Assembly: GCF_000150275.1 (NCBI RefSeq)
Contig: NW_002061165.1
Location: forward strand, 1-8,899
Direction of reading: 5' to 3'
Length of the DNA: 8,899 nt
Origin: Trichoplax adhaerens
Taxonomy: Eukaryota; Animalia; Placozoa
Shown: positions 1-7,902 of the stretch, in pieces
How the letters are laid out: each line of letters begins with the position of its first letter
Numbering within the stretch: the first letter of the stretch is position 1
Program-made: the position numbers and the translations under genes
Notes under the pieces: generated by a model
Seen by the model: the letters and a program-made list of their open reading frames with translations, nothing else
Told to the model about the DNA's origin: nothing
Database searches by the model: none

Positions 1-548
1 TAGTGCAGTAAGTACAGTATCAAATAATTAATTATCAAAAGTAAGCGTATGTTTAATGTGCAACGCTAAAACACAGGTCACGGAATGAGCATTTACTTTC
101 ATCATTGGACATACGAATTACGAGAGAAGATTAATTAGTAATTAAGCAGGAGATGAATCATATGACTATAGTAGTGGTAAAACTTGATCTATTCAGAGGC
201 CTTAATAGTTGAAAATATCAAGAGATCCCGTAAGGGTACCTACTACTGTCTATCTTGTCAAGTTTGGTTGATGAGCAATATACAGCAATTTCATGCACTC
301 CATGATGACAAAAGATACGAGAATTTAACTGAAGTATGTTGTATTGTACAGTTTCTAGTTCAACGACAGCGAAAGCAGTGAATCATGTCCATGTTTCAAT
401 TGCTGTTTAGTGTAAAATGAAATCCACAGTACGGTAATCGCCGAACTAATATTACCCAGTCATCATTTTATGATTGGCACCCATTGAAGATTCAATGTTT
501 AGGAAAGTAATGATGATTTGGAGAAGACTATAACATTGGCAGACTAAG

Positions 549-575
549 CTTCTTCTTCTTCTTCTTCATCATCAT
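549..575. repeat. Compound microsatellite (CTT)6(CAT)3
   Basis: Read directly from the sequence. Confidence 0.92.
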
Positions 576-1029
576 GATGCAAGCATATTGACATTGTGTC
601 CACTGTCCAGATGTGAGTTACAATCCTTTTAGTGGAGAGTTTGCTCTTGTTTACACATTATTGATTTGGCCATATCGATCGATATCCATACTTTGATTCC
701 TAATGATTGTCTTGAATCTATTCCCTCGTACATGATATGGATGCAAGTGGATTAGAACAACTACAACTTGAACTCGATCATGATGCAAGTGTGGAAAACG
801 GCCATGCCCTATTTCCGTCGCTGCACTCGACACTGTACATCACTGCCTATTACAGTACCAACAACAAACTATACAGTACAGTCCGCTTGGTTTCATGGTA
901 CTCTACACTACTGTAGTGAAATGGAATAACTGAAGAAATCCCATCCAAGTTTTTTCAAAATCATACAGTTCAACATGGGCAAATGTTACCTTTTTCTGGG
1001 CCTGGAAAGAGACATTTTCTATCGCATAG

Positions 1030-1420
1030 GTTGTAATTGGCTTGTCCGAAATAAGAAACACCAAGATGATTGCAAGTCACTATATCAATTCTAGAATCCA
1101 CGTGAAGGTGATTGGGTTAAGACGAGTTGGCAAAGAGGAACAACGACTTGCGACCAAAGTCAATCACCAGTCCAGTATACAGTAGTCTATACAGTACCCA
1201 GTATACGAGCAGTCTCTTTATTGATTGGACTGGACAGTGTACAGTATAGTCAATTGGACGGTTTTAGGCTATGCAGTGCGCAGTCTCAACCAACACGTGA
1301 CGTCAGTTCACACTACAGTACAACTCCTACAGTACTGTACAGTAGACGGTACTGTACTGTAGAAGATCCGGCCCGAACGTCTCCCACATCCAAAAACGAT
1401 CCTCCAATCTCCCTCCATCT
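1030..1420. promoter_or_regulatory. Eukaryotic promoter-like motif cluster (CCAAT boxes, E-boxes, CRE)
   Basis: ATTGG/CCAAT at about 1036, 1111, 1224, 1253 and 1405; CACGTG at 1099 and 1294; TGACGTCA at 1298-1305 overlapping the second E-box (CACGTGACGTCA). No intact downstream gene identified. Confidence 0.35.
1313..1362. other. Nested palindrome/hairpin cluster built from TACAGTA/TACTGTA
   Basis: Perfect 12-bp palindromes TACAGTACTGTA (1328-1339) and TACTGTACAGTA (1333-1344); stem GTACAGTA-gacgg-TACTGTAC (1337-1357); outer inverted repeat CTACAGTAC (1313-1321)/GTACTGTAG (1354-1362). Confidence 0.85.
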
Positions 1421-2880
1421 TTAATGGAGCAGAAAATGTGCTGTGCAATCACTATCAGGTCTAGCAATCAGCCTCCCCCATTGCACTAAAAGTCTGCTCA
1501 ATGTCCAAGTTTTTTCTTCATTTTTAGGCTGGGGAAGAAGAGAATTGACTGTAGCCCCGCGAATAGACCCAACCACTTGAATAGTAGCGCTGAAAATATT
1601 GATTTACCTTCTCTACTTGACTCCTTGAAAGACGGACTACCTATAGCCATCAAAACGAGACTCCTTATATGAAGAATCACTTTCCAAGTTTTGAACCTTG
1701 AATCCATGTTGGCGTATTGAAGGCTACAAACTAGGCAGATGATACTTCAAAGAAAGTCTCAAGTTTTTATTGCTGATGGTAGTATTGTTGAAAAATACAA
1801 GTCGACAATCCAGCGGCCTACTGGAGTACATACTGTACCATACTTGTAGGTCGATGCACTTATTCACAATTACCTTTAGTGGACAACATTCGTAAAGTCG
1901 AAAGTTTTTGCAGTGTTCAGTCTTGATACGAGTAAGCTTGTGAACGTGATTTTGGGCCCATGGCTAGAATAGTAAGGAAATGACAGCCTTTAATATCAAG
2001 TACAAGTTCAAGTAGTGAGAAAAATTGATCCCCCAAAATCGCGCATTATTGTACTGTTCTACTGCTGGTAACCTTTAAAATACTTTTAAAAACTCATGTG
2101 CGCCATGATATTGCATTTTGTCGACTTTTTCGGCTGAATATTTTAACCCACGCTATATATGCGCTATATATTTACAAACCAACAAGAATGAGCTTGTAAT
2201 AACCCTTGTATACGTGTATTCTAGTTCGATGCTGAAATGTTCATCTTCGAGAAGATTGCCTACACAATTCTCCAAAAATACTTTTCTTACGTCCATACTC
2301 GTATGCTGAATTGCTGATATAAAGAGCTTAACAAATTTCAGACGGTATCCAATCATGGAAACAACCGGATTTACCTGTGCAAGCCTAACAGAATCAATCA
2401 ACACGCCGCGAGAATAGTACTGTAAAAGCATACTGTCAATTTTTACTTTTACATTTTGCAGTCGTGGTAAGTTGATACTGGAATCCGGCTGAATTTAAAG
2501 ACAACGGTCAGATTTTCACAGTGACTGTACGAATATTTGTAGAGACCTTCAGTCGAGCATAAGCAATACTCATTCCGAGTATGCAGTAGTACAATTGGAA
2601 ATAACGAAGGTGCACTTTAACTCACATCCATTCTACCTGATAGCCGCTGTCGTGGATTCTTAATAATCAATAAAAGTACAACGTTTGAGATATCTTAACC
2701 ATATTCCTCGGGTTTGTAAGGAATTTTAGTTTGACTTGCTTGGCTCTGGCGAAATTGCTACCAGCTAAAATACCTTTACTCTGCGTTTGCGTTAACCTCG
2801 ATGTTTTGTGGCAGTGCACTCAATTTGTGGTACCTGCACCATAATTGATATCGCGCATCAGGTTGCTTCTATTGATTCAT
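1420..2880 (-). pseudogene. Decayed F-box + leucine-rich-repeat (RNI-like) protein gene relic
   Basis: Minus-strand ATG at 2880 in an A-rich context (CATCAAAATG). The first frame reads ...DISNVVLLLIIKNPRQRLSGRMDVS* (loosely F-box-like). After a frame change near 2515-2430, one frame (containing track ORF 2153..2431) runs to 1289 with LRR-like segments: INLPRLQNVKVKI, VSMIGYRLKFVKL, KVFLENCVGNL, FLKVF*RLPAVEQ, PLKVIVNKCIDLQV, LKYHLPSL*. It has 10 internal TAA/TAG and no TGA in 409 codons. Family call is by eye; the 3' end is uncertain (1289-1420). Confidence 0.5.
2151..2171. repeat. Short tandem duplication CGCTATATAT-G-CGCTATATAT (period 11)
   Basis: Read directly from the sequence. Confidence 0.75.
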
Positions 2881-2929
2881 TTTGATGACTAGAGAGTAGA
2901 GATAGATATTTTGGTGGGACGAAATCTAG

Positions 2930-2945
2930 AACTAACTAACTAACT
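2930..2945. repeat. Microsatellite (AACT)4
   Basis: aactaactaactaact, lying between the two divergent gene relics. Confidence 0.85.
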
Positions 2946-3000
2946 ATAATCACATCGATGCTACTGTAAGAAACTCCAACAAGTAATACTGGTATACTGT

Positions 3001-4819
3001 ATGAGTACTGTTAAGCTTTATGTAGCTTCATTACAATACACAAACACTGCCATTTAAAAGTACTGAAGAAACGTAGTTTTAGCAAGCACGTCTGATGGTA
3101 AATCCATTAGGATAATTTTTCCAATAGCTTAATTACAAATATACCAATCAATCAGTTAGGCACTTGAATAGAGTTTAGTAATGTCAATGGCCTGGCTATG
3201 GATATCGATTTACCCATTTTAGAAAGGCTTGAAGGCTACGCGATTTCGACTCCGAGTCATATCACAGAGAAATAACCGATCGAAATTAGAAACGGTCATA
3301 TACCCTGTATTTCGCTACTGTAGTAGTGGCTAATCAGACGTTAGCACCAATTAGTTCTGTACAGGTATTCTAGTTCACTGTACATTGACTCTTTTAATGA
3401 TTCGCTTTCGTACTCTCAGCTCATCTTGCTCATCCATAAAAACCTGTCTCTTACTATATCTTTTATACCAACTCTTTATCAGACCATCAGCTACATTACC
3501 TCAACTACCTGTGCTATTATTCATCTATACGATTGAATCGATTTCGTAGCAGAATACTGCAGTAAATTTGGACCCTTTATTCAGTCGACATGCAATAAGC
3601 ACAAGTGTTGCCTTAACGCTTATGATTTAGTTCTAAAATGAGCAGCTTAAGCCATCATCAAGAATAGATATAGCGGTTTCCTAGCTTGCTGCATAATGGT
3701 TGAAAAATTAGACAGTTGAGAGATTACTCTATCTAATATGATGACAACCATTGCATGCTTGTGTAACAATCAATGAAGCAATGAAAGCTACAGTATACGG
3801 ATAAGAAGAAACTGCTTCACTTATCAATGAACTATAGTCTAAGAGAAGCTTTACAATCCTACTCTGCTACGCTACAACCTGTTATGATAGACTTGTAACG
3901 TTGTAGGAATTAGGGCAAATAAACTGCATAGCTGCCTAACTGATATGATCATCGTATATAATAATACCAATACCGTAGTTGTATTGCCACATTGGCTAGT
4001 AATTTAATAATACTAATACGTCTATAATATCTAGTGTATATCTATCACTTGTGGGAAGGCTACTCGGAATAAAAAGTGGACGACTGCACGCTTCCGAACC
4101 TTTCTCAGATCGACACTCAGTTATGTTCAGGTTAAAGATTGGAATAAGATTGTGGCAATGATCTTACAAGTATACGTATACATGTACTTTATTGTCATTA
4201 TCAATGACTTTAAAATCCATAAAGTCGTGTAATACAAATTTCTAGTCATTGTACTAGGCCTATCATTTGCAAGAGATTGATGATGAGCTTATTTGTAAAA
4301 GCTTCAACTTATCAGTGGTCTCCTGTATGCAGGATAACGTTTCTATTCGAATCCTACGACACAGTCCTAGTCTAGAATAGCTATCCGTGAATTCATTGGT
4401 ATCCTGAATAGAAACATTTATTGGCTAATGTTAGTTGATAATTGAAGTAAAAGACCCGATAGTTAGTCGTTCAAGTTCTCGTATACTGTATATGCTAATA
4501 CGCGTAGTCGGGTACAGTCATTCATGAAACAGTACCTATTACTGCACAACGGCACATCCTTTCCCTTCTTTTAGTAGTCTGTGCTGTACAGTATATAAAA
4601 TTGGATGAATGTCTCGCAGTAAAATACGTATCCGATTATAGGAAAGTAGTGGAAATTCTTGGCAAGAAAGATAATTTACAAGGTGTAGATCGACGACTAT
4701 TTGGAGCTTCTTTGAGTCCACTGTTAGCAGAACAAAACGCTCCCTTTCTGCTTTCGATATCGGCCTATGACGATGCTTTAATATCACTTTCACTTACGCC
4801 TATTGTTGACAATGAATAA
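3001..4819 (+). pseudogene. Second, more degraded LRR (RNI-like) gene relic
   Basis: Protein-like fragments in shifting plus frames: MDIDLPILERLEG (from 3198), IDFVAEYCSK (from 3537), ILRHSPSLE*LSV (4351-4389, resembles the LRR pattern ILxxCPxLExLxL), and track ORF 4601..4819 with DDALISLS. Many stops and frameshifts; boundaries approximate. Confidence 0.33.
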
Positions 4820-4858
4820 CATCACGGGTTGACGAAAACAACAGTATAAAGGTGCAGT

Positions 4859-5398
4859 TTGCTAAGCAGCGAGTGCACGTTGTTGTGCGATGTATTACAG
4901 TTTACGATGAGAGAAAGGAGTACTGTAGAATATGCGATGTATTACAGTTTACGATGAGAGAAAGGAGTAATGTAGAATATGCGATGTATGGCTGCTTGCT
5001 AGGCAAAGAAAGGAGTACTATAGAATATGCGATGTATGGCTGCTTGCTAAGCAGCGAGTGCACGTTGTTATGCGATGTGTTACAGTTTACGACGAGAGAA
5101 AAGAGTACTGTAGAATATGCGATGCATGGCTGCTTGCTAGGCACCGAGTGCACGTTGTTGTACGATGTATTACAGTTTACGACAAGAGAAAGGAGTACTG
5201 TAGAATATGCGATGCATGGCTGCTTGCTAGGCACCGAGTGCACGTTGTTGTGCGATGTATTACAGTTTACGACGAGAGAAAAGAGTACTGTAGAATATGC
5301 GATGTATGGCTGTTTGCTAAGCAGCGAGTGCACGTTGTTATGCGATGTATTACAGTTTACGACGAGAGAAAAGAGTACTGTGGAATATGCGATGTATG
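4859..5398. repeat. Tandem minisatellite, 90-bp unit made of subunit A (43 bp) and subunit B (47 bp)
   Basis: The motif TGCGATGTAT (single-base variants allowed) starts at 4886, 4933, 4980, 5028, 5071, 5118, 5161, 5208, 5251, 5298, 5341 and 5388. Order: partial A, B, B, A/B chimera (48 bp), then four complete AB units (5028-5387). Confidence 0.97.
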
Positions 5399-5821
5399 TC
5401 TTGATCGTATCTCGCCATTGATTGAAATGATTCATCGGTCAAGTCGATGACTAGATTGACAACAATTCCTACGCCTGCGTGCGGTTGCAAGAACGTATTT
5501 TCACTACAGTTAAGGCATGATTATCCTAATTATTGTCATCAACTTTGAAGTTTAATCTACTGTATGTTGATATTGGTGAAGTACGATAGGCTTGGTTATA
5601 CTTTTATCCGCAGTCTGTGTACGTACTGTATTTGGATGTAGAGTTGTTGCCCAAGTTCGAGAAGCGCTTATAATGACAGAATGAATAGTACATCATGGAT
5701 GAAAGCATGACGATGACTTGTACAGTAGAGTATCGAAGATCAAGCGTATCGATGATAATGATTATTATACAGTACGTCCAGTCGTATTTCAATATACGCT
5801 GGATGAATGGAGCTGCATGGA

Positions 5822-5844
5822 CTAAGTGATATCTAAGTGATATC
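5822..5844. repeat. Perfect 11-bp tandem duplication (CTAAGTGATAT)2C
   Basis: Read directly from the sequence. Confidence 0.85.
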
Positions 5845-6566
5845 GATCATGGTACATCATTCAAGGCAACATTCAGTTGAAGTGTTGTGACTTTAACAAC
5901 GAAACGAGAAGATAGCATTGGATGAGTTATTGTGCTATTGAATGAATAATAATTGTTGTGATGATTACTGTCCAGTTGATGCAGATGAATACAGTACTGT
6001 GGTAGCCGAGCGTATATTGTCCTTGCGTATTGCATTGACGGCGGCATGGGTTATGTCCGGTCTATCTTGTTATGGTGAAGCTGTTTAAAATACGAGTATT
6101 CTGTGCTATACGGACAGCGACCTATGTGATAGTAGATGATGGCGGCCATGCTTGATTGTTTGGCTTTGATCAGCAGGAAGTTGAGCGTCCGTCATTTTCT
6201 CCATCGCTGACGTTGGACGGCCGGCCATCAATGGGTTTTGACGGACAGTCAATGGAAGCCTATTGTAGATGGCCTTTTCTCTTTCTCGGAGTAATTTGTT
6301 GTGCTATGTCTAATGGAGTGGATTGATTCCTTTTGCAAGGGATATCGACTAGATTGATGATGATGGATGTATTGAGAAGAAGATTTTATTCTTTCTTTCC
6401 TTTCTTTCTTTGTGTTGCCTTGGACAGACCGTAAAGCATTATCAGCATGATTGTCCTGGCCATTGACGTCTGTGTCACGTGATTGCTTGAGAAAATTGGG
6501 TGAACCATTTCGTTTTGTTCTTTCGGTCTGACAGCTGACAAGGAGCAATCAGCTGGATTTGGGGTT

Positions 6567-6589
6567 GCTACAGTATATAGTACTGTAGC
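6567..6589. other. Perfect 9-bp inverted repeat GCTACAGTA-tatag-TACTGTAGC
   Basis: Read directly from the sequence. Confidence 0.85.
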
Positions 6590-6770
6590 GCGTCATGCGT
6601 GTACTGTCCACGGTAGAGTGGTGGGATGAATTGGCAGAGCAAGGTGAAAGAAATCCAACTTGTGTCCGTTGAATCAAGGCTAAACTAGGTTAATGGTCTA
6701 CGGTACTCTCTGTATGGACTTAGGCATTGCAAGGGGAATTGAAATTGGATAGCATTGAACAAAAGATTGG

Positions 6771-7302
6771 CCTGTGCTAAAAATAGAAGGTGTCCCATGT
6801 CCAGTACTGTGGTCTACAGTCCTGCACTCCGTTTCTTACAGTACCAACCACTGTAAGTGCCAGTAAGATCCAATCGTCATGATGAATGAGAGCCTACTGC
6901 TGTCACAGATGATTTGCTGGCCAGGCTATTGTTGAACCTGGACTGCATGCATCATGTGACTAGCACTGGCCACTGCCATTGGCTCCACCTCAACATACAA
7001 TACCAGGAAATTGAAAATAGCCCTGTGCTAAAAATAGAAGGTGTCCTATGTCCAGTACTGTGGTCTACAGTCCTGGACTGCAGACTGTAGACGCAGCGTT
7101 ACGCTGGTATCCATTTCTTACAGTACCAACCACTGTAAGCGCCAGTAGGATCCAATCGTCATAATGAATGAGAGCCTACTGCTGTCACAGATGATTTACT
7201 GGCCAGGCTATTGTTGAAACTAGACTGCCTGTATCATGTGACTAGCGCTGGCCACTGCCATTGGCTCCTCAACATACAATACTGCAAATTGAAAATAAGC
7301 CT
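6771..7302. repeat. Tandem direct duplication: copy 1 6771-7021 (251 bp), copy 2 7022-~7302
   Basis: Both copies begin CCTGTGCTAAAAATAGAAGGTGTCC and end ...CTCAACATACAATAC...AAATTGAAAATA. They differ by 12 substitutions in the core, a 31-bp indel (7080-7110), a 3-bp indel and a small divergent patch near the 3' end. Confidence 0.96.
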
Positions 7303-7667
7303 CTTCAATTTCCAATCCAGCTTGTAAATATAAAAATGATTCTCCATTTCTTTGTTTTGTTGTTTCATTAATTGGAAGAATATTTAAACGCACCTGCTAT
7401 CTTGGAAACTTCACATTGGCATTTTCCTACTTGGTGTCTTGCATTCAATTGATTTACATCGTCGGTCGAGGGAGAGAGAGAGTTGAGTGGAGACGCGGCC
7501 ATTTCCAACGTTTTCAACAACGCAATTGCTCTCCTCCTATTACGGAGATCAACATCCATTGGCTTGGGGACGCTAGCAAATCAATACGGTCTAGGTATGC
7601 GCTTACCATCCAACTGGCCATTGGATCATCCATGTGTGCAATTCATTCTTGTGTCATGTTTTCAATC

Positions 7668-7681
7668 TTTTTTTTTTTTTT
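7668..7681. repeat. Poly-T tract (T14)
   Basis: Read directly from the sequence. Confidence 0.9.
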
Positions 7682-7880
7682 CCCTTTCTCTTCATTTTTT
7701 TGTCCCAGTTGGTGTTCAGCAATCGATGCATACAGTCGACGAGCTGTCGCACTTTCCACTTGTCATAGCACATTCATTTTTTCAAGTGGAGAGGATCGAT
7801 CATAGTAGTGTCTTGTAGCCGTCTACGCCGACCATTTTAGCCAATACTGCCATGACAGTCTTGGACATGCCGGGGGGACA

Positions 7881-7902
7881 AGAGAGAGAGAGAGAGAGAG
7901 AG
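7881..7902. repeat. Microsatellite (AG)11
   Basis: Read directly from the sequence. Confidence 0.93.

Noticed and set aside
571-789. 13-mer ATCATGATGCAAG repeated at 571 and 777
   Set aside because: Short, partly low-complexity, and similarity does not extend into the flanks.
464-840. Minus-strand peptide with HHDDEEEEEA, and track ORF 651..833
   Set aside because: The acidic run is simply the (CTT)6(CAT)3 microsatellite; the frame has several stops and no recognisable domain.
1424-2900. Plus-strand gene starting at ATG 1424
   Set aside because: It contains stops of all three types at about random density, and it is the codon-aligned antisense of the better minus-strand frame.
2930-2945. 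(AACT)4 as telomeric repeat or branch-point array
   Set aside because: Too short, internal, and without a supported intron.
4859-5398. CRISPR array
   Set aside because: The shared repeat is only 10 bp, the intervening segments are two recurring types rather than unique spacers, there are no cas genes, and the context is eukaryotic.
4852-5450. The three longest track ORFs as real CDSs
   Set aside because: They are entirely explained by a stop-free 90-bp repeat, overlap on both strands, and change peptide register at the 47-bp duplication.
5621-5777. 11-bp inverted repeat ACGTACTGTAT/ATACAGTACGT as MITE termini
   Set aside because: Largely made of the ubiquitous TACWGTA motif, and no target-site duplication is seen.
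5857-6348. Minus frame of 163 codons with only TAA/TAG stops, containing RPDITHAAVN (resembles Ty1/copia RT motif RPDIxxAV)
   Set aside because: Only about 6 TGA triplets exist on that strand in the span, so their absence from one frame is not significant. Eight TAR is near random expectation, and no other RT or RNase H motifs (YVDD, DADW) are visible.
7416-7818. Track ORFs 7416..7805 and 7483..7818
   Set aside because: They have non-ATG starts, run through a poly-T tract giving poly-Phe, overlap each other, and show no recognisable domain.
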